DNA of 64,000 nucleotides from Eledone cirrhosa (taxonomy: Eukaryota). Position numbers and translations under genes: made by a program. Position 1 is the stretch's first letter, and the number at the start of each line of letters is the position of its first letter. The stretch covers positions 77,686,001 to 77,750,000 of the forward strand of contig OZ024740.1 in NCBI GenBank assembly GCA_964016885.1, written 5' to 3'. Under the pieces are notes generated by a model. It did not search any database and was not told the origin of the DNA. It saw only the letters and a program-made list of their open reading frames with translations. Positions 12,675 through 24,764 of the stretch are shown here, piece after piece.

Positions 12675-14511
12675 TTATTTTGGTGTTGAAAGTGAAGAAA
12701 GAAAAGCACTTACCTCTCCGGGTTGCGTAATTTCCATGGCATCAGGTGTGTTGGGTGGAGGGATGTTTTGTGGTGGTGTGGGGGTACACGTGTGTGGTGG
12801 GGTTGGGGTATTTGGAGTTGTGTCAGGGAGAGGGGCGGTTATGGGGAAATCTTTCAAGAGGACGCGATTCAACGGTTTTAAACAGGGGGGGCTCACGTCC
12901 CGTCTGAATTGTTCTTTTAAGGAACGATAAAGGTCCAGAGGGACCTTTATCATTTTTAAATGGGTGAAGTTCTCTGTTGAGATAAAGTTTGGCCCTTCGG
13001 TCTGCACCATAGGGTTATTGTTTATTAATTTAACCAGTTTTTTGTTTTCTTTATTTATATATGTGTATTGCAACGTCTTTTTTTGTGATGCTGTCAATGT
13101 TTCGGAGAGGGGAGGCGCAGATTTATTTTTGTTTGTTGAGGGTGGGGTGTTTTTGATTGGAGTTGGTGTTTGTGTGTAGGTTATTTGTGGTGTGCTGGGT
13201 GTGTGTTTTCTTTTTTTTCTTTTAACTTGTCTGAAGGCTTCTCCTCCTTCTTCTTCAGAAGTTGGGGGAAACTCTTCAGCGCTAGGTGGGAGGGACGTGT
13301 TGTGTGGTTGTTTTTTTTTTTGCGGGAGGGGTAGATTTGTTACTGTTTTTTTTATTATTTGTTTGGAATGGGTTTTGTGGTGGTGGTGGTGGTAATGTTT
13401 GTGTCGTGCTTGTGGTTGGTGATGGTGGTGGTGATGTTTGTGTTGTGGTTGGTGGTGGTGATTTTTGTGTCGTGCTTGTGTTTGGTGCTGGTGGTGGTGA
13501 TGTTTGTGTTGTGTTTGTGGTTGGTGGTGTCTGTATTTTGTTTGCTGTGTGTGGTATTAGTGTATTTTTGGAGGTGGGTGGTGCTGGTGTACTGTTTGTG
13601 GTGGGTGTGGGCAATAGTCCTTTTTGGGGGATACGTTTCGGGCAGTTAGCCTTAACGTGTCCCCTTTCCATGCATAAATAGCATGCTGGTCTTCTCCCCT
13701 CTACAATTATGTCTATTGGGGTAAGGTCATCCAGCCAGATGCGATCCGGGATTTGTGCTATTCTTTCGGGCCTCATTTGGACTAGTATGTCGAGGCCCAT
13801 TCCCAGGAACGCATCTCCAGTTGCCTTCCCCATTGACAGCATAGTGTCTTCGCCCATATCAATGAAGCCAGCAATAGCCCACCAGAAGTCCATTGTGGGC
13901 AGCATTGTTTTTACTTTTACTCTCTGTGTTCTTCTACCCATGTAGGAGGGATAGAAGCTATATGTTGTCGACGAGAGTGGGCTTAGGGAAAGCTTCTCCG
14001 CCGTTTCTTTGTCTCTTGTTAGGACCGAAATGCTGCCATAGAGTCGGTCCTTTCGTATGAAGAGAATATTCTTCATATAGTCTTTTAGGACTAACTCTAT
14101 TTCCATTTGGCTGGGCTGTGCTGGCTTTCTTGTCTGGTTCAGTATAGTTCTGTATATAACTGTGTTTTCTGCTCTGGCTTTCTTGAATTCTGGGGGGGAG
14201 TTAATGGAAAACATTCCGTTCTCCCCCAAAACAATATGTTTCTTTGCTTCGGCCAGTTTTTCTCTGGCGGCAGTTAGGTCAATTGGTGTGTATGTAATGG
14301 ATTGCTTTGTTTTCTGGGCGAAAGTTGCCCTGTCGTTATTTGTATTATTTTCTGTTTGTTTGTTTTCTGTTTGCTCATTTTCCTTAACATTTGTTTTTTC
14401 ATTTTGTTTGTTTGTTTCAATGTCTAATTTTGTTGTAATTATTTTTTGTTCTTCAGACTTGGGGGGCGTGGCAGAGCTAATGGCAGAGATGTCTGACATC
14501 TTTTCCGCCAT
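12675..14511 (-). CDS. LINE ORF1 (gag-like zinc-knuckle protein), split by a 1-nt frameshift in an A11 run at 13311-13321
   Basis: ATG at 14511 (MAEKMSD) and CYLCMERGHVKANC knuckle. Removing one A joins 13282-14538 to a frame reading ..EEEGGEAFRQVKRKKRK.. that runs into ORF 12675-13097. Confidence 0.85.
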
Positions 14512-14764
14512 GCTGCCAAGAAAGAAATTTTTCGGCAAAAATAGATATTTATTTTACCCCCTAAAAAGGGGGTAAATGCAAAAATGTTTCCCTAAATAAC
14601 AGGGGTTAGTGTTCCAAATGTGTTGCACTAAAAAATTTATCCGGTACTTACAATAGTAAGGGTAAATCCCGATGGAATAGCGGAGCCGATGCGAAGCGTG
14701 TCTTACTCTATCAAGATAGATAGATAGATAGATACATATCAATATATATATATATATGTGTATA

Positions 14765-15246
<482 letters not shown>

Positions 15247-15291
15247 ATATATATATATGAGAAAAACCACAGACCCTCCATCTCAACTCTA

Positions 15292-15327
15292 CTTTTGAAA
15301 AGCAGAAGAACTGCGAAACCGGTAAAG
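15292..15327 (+). ncRNA. Degenerate minimal type I hammerhead ribozyme motif
   Basis: CTT-TTGAAAA-GCAG-aagaa-CTGC-GAAA-CCGGT-A-AAG: stem I CTT/AAG, stem II GCAG/CTGC, palindromic stem III ACCGGT. The core has two mismatches to CTGAAGA. Confidence 0.55.
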
Positions 15328-15548
15328 GAACCAAATAAATATATATATATTTTTTTTAAATAAGACTCCAGTTGCATTTTCGATTTCATCTTTTTTTCTT
15401 TATACTTTCACTCGTGTAGGACACCTCGGTTATTTTTCATTTTGTAAAAAAACCTCACTTTCTAATATATATTTCCCACTCTACTACCCTAAGTATTGAG
15501 TACTCTGGTGCGTTATGGTCCATCTGGTTCCTTACCACAATTCCTTTG

Positions 15549-15599
<51 letters not shown>

Positions 15600-15932
15600 T
15601 GTAATAAACAACATAAGATAATTATTTCATTTACCAGTGGTTTCTTGAAAGCAGATGTTGTATCTGTTTTCAGTCGTAAGAATTAATAAAAAAACATGGT
15701 GTTTTATTAAATATGGACTTGAAAGCAAAATTTAAGAAATATGAAAGTGAGGCTGAGGAAAAAACGGGCGAAGAAGAAGAGAGGAAAAAGAATAAAAATA
15801 TATATAAATATATAAACAATAAATATACAGGACACAAACATACACACACACAACCACGCGCATATGCTTCAAAAGTACGTAGACGTACATTGAGCACTCT
15901 TATTTCCTGTACTTTTCCGACGGGATTACTTC

Positions 15933-16002
<70 letters not shown>

Positions 16003-16047
16003 AAGTTAAATAAAAAGTCAAATGATTAAAATTTAGCTTCGTTTATT

Positions 16048-16102
16048 ACTGCTAGATATATTTCAGTGACAGCCATCTTTGGCTGTGACCTCTTCAGGCA
16101 GT
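16048..16102 (-). ncRNA. Minimal type I hammerhead ribozyme (left inverted arm)
   Basis: Minus strand reads ACTGC-CTGAAGA-GGTCACAGCCAAAGATGGCTGTCACT-GAAA-TATATC-TA-GCAGT. Confidence 0.85.
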
Positions 16103-17109
16103 TTGAATTAGTATGGTATGGTACATATGTTGTTGAGGTGTATAATATTGTCAATACTCTGATATGCCCAGTTCCTGGTTGGGTTGTTATTTCACCGAGG
16201 AACTGGAATCATATGAATTCAAACAAACGAATTTCAGTGTCAAAGGTCCTCTTCTCCTCTCATTGGTCAGTTATTAGAACATTCCTCATTCTAAGTGTTG
16301 TTATTGTTGGAGTTAGCTTAAAAAATTGATAAAATGGCAGAAGGGACATTGTGTTAAAGGAACAAAATAACAAAAAAAGTGTCAAACTTCCCATTGGTCA
16401 GTTCTGAGAGCATTCCTCAATCAGAAGTCTATAGAATTCTTTCTGGGGTGAGGCTCCCTGTAGTGTTTTTGTTTGCTATTGTTAAGTACATTTGAACTCT
16501 ACCATTATTTTGGTAGTGTTGTTGGTGTTGTGGTCAGCTTATATCTTGCTGCTGCTAACAATTTAGAAGTATCCAGTGTGTGCTTTTTCTTCATCCCTCC
16601 TGGCACCATCTCTCATAGTGGTGTGGTGGTGGTGGTGGTGGTGGGGGGTTCTTCCATGTATATGAAGAAATATAAGGCAATTTGTATAATCTGAAAATAA
16701 ATAAATAGAGAATAAAGAATAAAGAATAAATGAAAAATTGGTGAAAAAGTAATGAAAATGAATATGGAGAAGTGAAAAATAGTGTAGGATAAAGTGTGTG
16801 TGTGCTATAACCAATCTCAAGGTCAGAAATATGTTGGATAGATTGGTATGAGGACAAGATGTTAAGATAAGATAATCAAACTAAATGTGTTTGTGTTATA
16901 ATCAATCTCAACTTAAAAATAAATATAAGGTGATACAGTGAAGAGGGCAGAAAACAAATAACAAATTACTAGTGCGCTTGACCACGAGATGGGGCACAAT
17001 ATGAGTAGCAGTCTCAGGCGTGACGCTAACCACCCCATGACAGACCACCCCAACCGCAGGACACGTAGAGGGGGGAAACGGGCGACCACCCCACGATGGA
17101 TCTCCCGGG

Positions 17110-18081
17110 GCGGACAACGACCACCCCACAAATTCGGGCTGGGAAGATAACAAAAAACATAGAGCCCAAAGGGGAAGCAACAGTGCGGAAACCACCAGCA
17201 ACCCAACAAATCTCCAACAAATCACGACGCCCCCGACCCACACATATAGGAGGAGACACCGAAAAATCACGTGGTACAACCCACCCTACTCAGCGGCCCT
17301 AAAGAAAAGCTTGGCCCGATTATTTTTGTGGAGCACTTGACAAATGCTTCCCGAGGGACCACAGATACCACAGGATCTTCAACAGACACACTGTGTAGCT
17401 CTCGTATTCCACCACGAGAAATTTGGCCCAACACATAGCTAGCATCAACAGAAGTAGGCTTAAAAACCACACACAACCAGAAGATGGCAATACAAACACT
17501 CAGCAGAACCATGTGAAAGGAGGGAAGGGGGGACCCAGAGCCCACCCAAGAAACTCAAACAGACCCGAGGACCCCCCACCGAGCCTGGGGAAAGACCAAC
17601 ATCATGTAACACATAACGGGAACCCTAATCTAGGCACGCAGAGGCCGACCACCCTCTGCAACTGCAGAAACCCCGAATCAAGCCCCCTTTGTAATGAATG
17701 CCTCAAGAAGAACCTAGTATACGGTTGTAGGGTTAAAACCCCCAACTCCGAACACCTCTACATAGGAGCCACATCAACGAGCTTTAAAGACCGCTGGTAA
17801 AACCATCGCCATTCATTCAAGAAGGAGGCCAAAAGGAAAAGCACAGCTCTCTCCGACCTGATCTGGAAGCTTAAGCTGGACAGGACCCCATACTCTCTGG
17901 CCTGGTACATAATCAGGAAAGTACCACCCGATAAAGGGGGATCTTGCATATGCAAACTATGCCTGAACGAGACCCTCGAGATACTAAGAGGTGGAAGCGG
18001 CCTGATAAACCTCAGAACCGACTTCTTCGGGACATGCAGACACCTTAGAGCCGGGACCTTTCTCAAGATATATGGACAGTA
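17110..18081 (+). pseudogene. Disrupted PLE C-terminus: post-RT region, Cys-rich linker and GIY-YIG endonuclease
   Basis: Across frames: RRRHRKITWYNPPYS...LDKCFP..HRIFNRHTV*LSYST..N; CNCRNPESSPLCNECL..NLVY..V...LYIGATSTSFKDRW*NHRHSF...STALSDLIWKLK...CKLCLNE...IN.R..FFGTCRH. Contains stops and a frameshift. Confidence 0.85.
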
Positions 18082-19216
18082 GCAACACAAGAAGATGTGA
18101 ACTCCCCTCAAGCTATAGGGAACAACCCAGGCTGAGCAGACACCATCATAGCCTAGAGATAGAATCGGACACAGCCATTATAATTTGGCCAACATCTATA
18201 TAACACAAACACTTTTTAATTTACTAGATTTCTGATTTTCAAGTTCCAATTTTAAATCTTGATTTCTCTTTATTAATTTGTTATTTGTTTTCTGCCCTCT
18301 TCACTGTATCACCTTATATTTATTTTTAAGTTGAGATTGATTATAACACAAACACATTTAGTTTGATTATCTTATCTTAACATCTTGTCCTCATACCAAT
18401 CTATCTAACATATTTCTGACCTTGAGATTGGTTATAGCACACACACTTTATCCTACACTATTTTTCACTTCTCCATATTCATTTTCATTATTTTTCACCA
18501 ATTTTTCATTTATTCTTTATTCTTTATTCTTTATTCTTTATTCTCTATTTATTTATTTTCAAATTATACAAATTATATTAATTATTTTATTATATTATTT
18601 ATTTATTTTCTGTTTTCTTCATTTATTGCCTTATATTTCTTCATATACATGGAAGAACCCCCCCCCCCCCCACCACCACCACCACCACCACCACTACTAT
18701 GAGAGATGGTGGCAGGAGGGATGAAGAAAAAACACACACTGGATACTTCTAAATTGTTAGCAGCAGCAAGATATAAGCTGACCACAACACCAACAACACT
18801 ACCAAAATAATGGTAGAGGTCAAATGTACTTAACAATAGCAAACAAAAACACTACAGGGAGCCTCACCCCAGAAAGAATTCTATAGACTTCTGACTGAGG
18901 AATGCTCTCAGAACTGACCAATGGGAAGTTTGACACTTTTTTTGTTATTTTGTTCCTTTAACACAATGTCCCTTCTGCCATTTTATCAATTTTTTAAGCT
19001 AACTCCAACAATAACAACACTTAGAATGAGGAATGTTCTAATAACTGACCAATGAGAGGAGAAGAGGACCTTTGACACTGAAATTCGTTTGTTTGAATTC
19101 ATATGATTCTAGTTCCTCGGTGAAATAACAACCTAACCAGGAACTGGGCATATCAGAGTATTGACAATATTATACACCTCAACAACATATGTACTTCTCT
19201 ATACCATACTAATTCA

Positions 19217-19273
19217 TACTGCCTGAAGAAGTCACAGCCAAAGATGGCTGTCACTGAAATATATATAGCAGTA
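19217..19273 (+). ncRNA. Minimal type I hammerhead ribozyme (right arm)
   Basis: TACTGC-CTGAAGA-AGTCACAGCCA-AAGA-TGGCTGTCACT-GAAA-TATATA-TA-GCAGTA: 6-bp stem I, canonical core, long stem II, palindromic stem III. Confidence 0.9.
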
Positions 19274-19418
19274 ATAAACGAAGCTAAATTTTAATCATTT
19301 GACTTTTTATTTAACTTTATTTTACACTACTCCGGAGTAACCAAACCAACCTGCGCACTTCGTCGAGTGCTCCAGCCTGCATACTGAGGTGTTGGTATAC
19401 AACCAACATAAACTCAAA

Positions 19419-19455
<37 letters not shown>

Positions 19456-19458
<3 letters not shown>

Positions 19459-19650
19459 TTAATATAGATAAGATTCTACAGGACTAGAACTGTTTCATTC
19501 TTTAGAAATCATCAGGATTCCTGATGATTTCTAAAGAATGAAACAGTTCTAGTCCTGTAGAATATCATCTATATTAAGACTTTTATACTCTGCAATGTAT
19601 TGAGTACCTTACTTACTGTGGTTACCTCCGACTCAACCCGGAATAACGTA
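19456..19650. mobile_element. Palindromic mini-element with an HHR core on both strands, between (TA)n tracts
   Basis: Perfect 45-bp arms at 19473-19517 and 19519-19563. CTGATGA (19521), TTTCTAAAGAAT, GAAAC..GTC (19552-19554). The 5' strand of stem I is lost at the fold-back point. Confidence 0.75.
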
Positions 19651-19764
19651 TATATATATATATACATACGTATGAATATATATATATATATATATGCATG
19701 TATGTATATATATGTATATATATATATACATACGTATAATTATATATATATATATATATGCATG

Positions 19765-19807
<43 letters not shown>

Positions 19808-19930
19808 CTCCTTATGTGTATCTCACACGCCAGGATTGAACCTCAGTCCTCGATTCAACCCTCAGAGCAGGATTGAACACCCAGACCAGGATCTCACCAT
19901 CTCTGGTACTTACCACTATGCTATCGAGAC

Positions 19931-21092
19931 TGCTGGAATTTCAAATTTGGCGGTCATTTGATGCGAGAAGGGACGACTTAGCTGACACGAAAAATAACTG
20001 CGGTAAGAAATGTTTCTTATATGAAAGTTTAATGGGCATCCACTGATGATTTATAAGTACCCACCTGCATGTATTCTTACAGAAAAATATGTAGGCTTCT
20101 ACATAAACCGGAAACATTCTCCCAACTTGTAGAAAACTTATAATGAAACAATTGTTTGGAAAGAGAGATATATTTTAATTTTAATTATATCTCATATAAA
20201 ATAATACAACTGGCTTTCCACAAAATACATATAGTTAGCACCTCAAACACAAAATTGGGATTATACTAACGTATATCCTAATGTTTGTTGAGTGAGATGG
20301 TTGCCAGTCAGAGTTTAGTTTAAAGCTTTCTCTGTTATTGTATTAAATATTTTACTCTTGATTTGACCAGAGAATTATATTTCCAGATACCTTTTAAACG
20401 TAACTTTCCGTATTTATTACTGTTATGAGATATTGTTTGTTATTTAGGTATCACTTCTCTGTTTTTAGCCTAAGAAAATATGTATATGCGTGTGTAATTA
20501 ATACATGCATACATTTATTTTTTAAAAATTAATTGAGTTCTTAACAGGCAGTATTGATATTGTTTTTGAAAAAACTAATTAACCCACGTGTATATTATTT
20601 TACTTTCTTGTGATTCGCGATTGCCTCCCTTTTCCGCTTCGTGACGCTGTGAGATTCCTCAGTCTAAAGATTGCTGGAATTTCAAATTTGGCGGTCATTT
20701 GATGCGTGAAGGGACGACTTAGCTGACACGAAAAATAACTGCGGTAAGAAATGTTTTCTTATATCAAAGTTTAATGGGCATCCACTGATGATTTATAAGT
20801 GCCCACCTGCATTTATTCTTACAGAAAAATATGTAGACTTCTACATAAACCAGAAACATTCTCCCAACTTGTAGAAAACTTATAATGAAACAATTGTTTG
20901 GAAAGAGAGATATATTTTAATTTTAATTATATCTCATATAAAATAATACAACTGGCTTTCCACAAAATACATATAGTTAGCACCCCAAACACAACATTGG
21001 GATTATACTAACGTATATCCTAATGTTTGTTGAGTGAGATGGTTGCCAGTCAGAGTTTAGTTTAAAGCTTTCTCTGTTATTGTATTAAATAT
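19931..21092 (+). repeat. Near-identical 420-bp direct repeat pair (19931-20350 and 20672-21092)
   Basis: Both copies run from TGCTGGAATTTCAAATTTGGCGG to GTATTAAATAT with a few substitutions. The second ends in (TA)n. Confidence 0.92.
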
Positions 21093-21214
21093 ATATATAT
21101 ATATATATATATACATATGAATATATATATATATATATACATATGAATATATATATATATATATATGTGTATATATCGATATATATTTATGTGTGTATAT
21201 ATATATGTATGTAC

Positions 21215-21248
<34 letters not shown>

Positions 21249-21525
21249 CTGTGTATATTTATATGCATCTCTGTATATGTGAATATGTGTATAATTTCTT
21301 ATCTCCCATTTCTACACCACCTATACGTGGGGTGTTTGTAAACGGAGGAACAAAAGTTCATAATAGTCACCAGCTTAGCATGTAGCAATGTCATGCTGCG
21401 ATTTTACATTAGAGCATATAATCAATATATGTATATACACGTACACATATATGCACGCATATACACACGCACTAGGATATATTTAAAAACACATATATAT
21501 GTACATACATGTATATATACACGTA

Positions 21526-21590
<65 letters not shown>

Positions 21591-21621
21591 GTGTGTGTAT
21601 ATATATGTATATATATATATC

Positions 21622-21668
<47 letters not shown>

Positions 21669-21673
21669 ATATA

Positions 21674-21724
<51 letters not shown>

Positions 21725-22239
21725 GTATATAAATTTCGTATTTCGAAAGAAATACGATTTTAGGAAGCCGTAGCTATGCGAACACCGATATATATATATA
21801 TGTATATATATATATGTGTGTGTGTGCATGTGTAAGTATGTATGCATGTGTATATGTGCGTTTGTGCGTATGTATAGTTTCTCGACCCATACTGACAGGC
21901 CCCGGGTGGCTGCAGTCTGTGGCACTTTGTTTATCCTAACAATTTCAGGTACCTGTAGCAGCTGTTTATGTTGGCAGTAGAAGAAAACGTGACTTCAGAG
22001 CTCCTCTTAGCTAATACAGTCAATCATATATATATATGTGTGTGTGTGCGTGCGTTTGTGTGTGTGTGTCTTTATACACACACACACACACACACATACA
22101 CCCCCACCCCCACACACACATACACACACACATATATATATATAGGAAAAAGTTTAACCCCGACGGCAGAGCTCAAGCCGTTTCGACAGCTATTTCTAGA
22201 CTCTTATGGTCCATCTGGTTCCTTACCACACCTCCTTCG

Positions 22240-22292
<53 letters not shown>

Positions 22293-22296
<4 letters not shown>

Positions 22297-23745
22297 GAAA
22301 TTGTAGTTTACTTGAAGCATTGCGTAGTGAGGTATAAACGTTTGGAGTTAGAAGGCCAGAACAATGCAGGTATGGATATAGAATATAAATACATAAATAC
22401 AAATGCAAAAGATATCGCTGACAATTAGTCCTTTACCTTAAATTTATTTGAATATCCTTAATTTTCGAGATAATATCTCTTCTTCGGTGGGAAGTAAAGG
22501 GGTTAATCCAGTGTTCTAATTAGCTTGCCAAGTTATGCTGACAGGAAATAGTATAGAAATTCCATTCTATTTCTAATATCAAAGAGTGGATAAAGGGGTT
22601 GTCTCCCTTTAAAAGGGTGTGGACATGTATGTCTAAGTGTGTGTGGGAGAATACGTCAAGGTGTAAGCATGCGTGTATGTGTGCGTGTGTGTGTGTGTGT
22701 GTGAGAGAGTGTGAGAGGATATGTTTATATGTAAATGTGGGGGCTAGATGCACTATCATGTTAAAACTGGTCTATGTGTGTGTATGTGTGTGTGAGATGG
22801 TTCGTGAAGGTGTAAGTGTGGGGCTACGTGCTCTATCATGTTAAACATTGGGTGTTGAGTTCTAATCTGTTATTGATTGGTGGTTGCCTTTTGTCTATAA
22901 TTAGTGCTTCTTTAATTCTAAGATTGCCGGGGTTTCTTTCCTTAGCTTCTATACTAACTATTATGTTTTTGTCGGTGTTTTTGCATTTCACTAGGTGTTT
23001 CTTAAATGAGGAAGCGTTAGATTTGAGGTGTTCTTTTATTCTAATGTGAAGTGGTCTGGTGGTGCTACCTATGTAGAAATTGCTGCATTTCTCGCACTCT
23101 AATTTGTAGACGACGTAAGCCTGGTGGCATAGGTCTGTGTCGTCAATGGGGCAGTTGGCTAGCCTACAACGGTTGTCATATCTGGTGGAGTGTCTTTTGG
23201 TTAGCTGTCCGCGTAGAGAAGGTCCTGGGTGGGCTAGCTGGATATCTAGTCCCTCTCGTCTGATAGCTCTGCGGATGGCTGTTGTTATTTCGTCACTGAA
23301 GTGTGGGAACTTCAGGAAGGAGATGTTAGTGCCTCGGGTGTGGTGTCCTCTGTTGTTTCTGGCACGGTTCGCGGTGGACATCGGGTATCTGTTCAGTTTA
23401 AGTACTTCCAGGAAATGTGTGGTGTCTGTGTCCCGGTCTCTTGCGTCGGTGCATTTGTTCTGGATACGTGTTATTTCGTTCCTTATGTATCCGAACTTAG
23501 CGCTAACTGGGAGTGCTGATCTGAAATGTACGAACAGGTCCCTGCTGGCGGCTTTTTTTATGGAAGCAGGTGTTGATGTCACCTTCCTCTGTTACCCTGA
23601 GTTGGAAGTCCAATAGGGATAGGGATCCGCGGTCATCGGGATGTTCCATGCTGAACTTTATATTGGCGTCCATGCTGGAGAATGTCATGTATATTTTATC
23701 CGCTTCTTCACGGGATGATGTAAGGATGAGTATGTCATCTACATG
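22293..23745 (-). mobile_element. 5'-truncated Penelope/Poseidon-type element (RT from the YVDD motif, thumb, GIY-YIG, 3' pLTR) in (TA)n
   Basis: VDDILILTSS..FSMEHP...LSLLDF, a frameshift, then DLFVHFRSALP..YVVYKLECEKCSNFYIGSTTRPLHIRIKEH..LRIKEALII...P.INNR. Colinear with 57737-59650. Confidence 0.9.
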
Positions 23746-23751
23746 ACTATG

Positions 23752-23823
<72 letters not shown>

Positions 23824-23832
23824 GAGTCGGGG

Positions 23833-23912
23833 TCCGACGGCTAAGCTCTTGCCGTTTCGACAGTTAATTCCAGACTGTTGTCAAACAGACTTGCAGGTCA
23901 TCTCATCGGGGG
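23833..23912 (-). ncRNA. HHR-like motif with a full stem III
   Basis: Minus strand reads CC-CCGATGA-GATG..(long)..TGTC-GAAAC-GGC-aagagctta-GCC-GTC-GG. The GAAACGGC..GCCGTC half recurs at 22160-22190 and 61705-61806. Confidence 0.6.
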
Positions 23913-24764
23913 CGTGTCTTAGGTGAGTTATGTGTCGTTGAAATAATATATTATGCATAAGCATTGTATATGCTTCCATATACACGTCAATGTTGAATTA
24001 GTACCAGTAATACACTGGGATAATTGCTGGCCTTGTACTAAAAGTAGAAACAGTTATTACTACTGCTGATTAATACCAGTCCGTCTAGTCCGCACTCTAT
24101 GGAAATGATCATCACCATAAATATACCATTAGCTATGAGCTTATTTGCTTCAGTAACTGAAAATGGATAACTAGCATTTGGTGTTCTTACACAATTACGA
24201 ATGTAACTGTGACATTAGCACAGCTTAAAATATCCGCAGCGAGATTTATGCATGTTAATTATACAAAAACATATTGTATATGCTTCCATATACCCTTCTA
24301 TTCTGAAACGCGCAGTATTGGTGCTACAGGTTCCGTGATGGAAGGGGCCGAAAGACCTATAGAGTTACTTCACCGCCTGATGAAACATAGGCTCCTGCAT
24401 TTGAAAACGGAGAATAGCAGCACCAGCACCTTCAGCATAGATGTGTGATTACCAAGGATTTGTCTAAGGGAATAATAAGACCATGACTGGAGTGAAAAGA
24501 TCTGGCTGGAGGGAACGTACTCCTGACAAGAAGGAAGGGGACTATTGTTCATATGGCAGCGGCAAAGGGATTTGCAATCGCGAGCTCGTGGCCATGTTGA
24601 CTGCCCTACCGTACAAACCCATGCAACGAATAAAAATACCAAGATATGCCCTCGTAACCAGAGAAACCAATGGAAAATAAGAGCTACTGGTAATCTCGTT
24701 AACGGACAGAAAATGAATATGGACATGAAAAACAATTTAAACGCACGTAGTTCTCATATGCTTG

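Larger units (their letters stand above)
9009..14714 (-). mobile_element. Full-length (~5.7 kb) L1/Tx1-clade non-LTR retrotransposon
   Basis: Short 5'UTR, ORF1 with a CCHC knuckle, intact ORF2 (APE-RT-zinc knuckle), 3'UTR and AATAAA (9017-9022, minus). Flanked by (GATA)14 at 8953-9008 and (GATA)5 at 14715-14734. Confidence 0.93.
15996..19422 (+). mobile_element. 5'-truncated Penelope-like element (thumb/linker plus GIY-YIG, no RT core) with a ~1-kb inverted duplication of its 3' region
   Basis: Inverted arms at 15996-16968 and 18274-19324, each with an HHR. Both ends abut (TA)n. Internal coding remnant at ~17110-18081. Confidence 0.88.

Noticed and set aside
15996-19324. Cut-and-paste DNA transposon with long TIRs
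   Set aside because: The internal sequence is a PLE GIY-YIG, not a DDE transposase. The arms carry HHRs and one arm has an unpaired tail.
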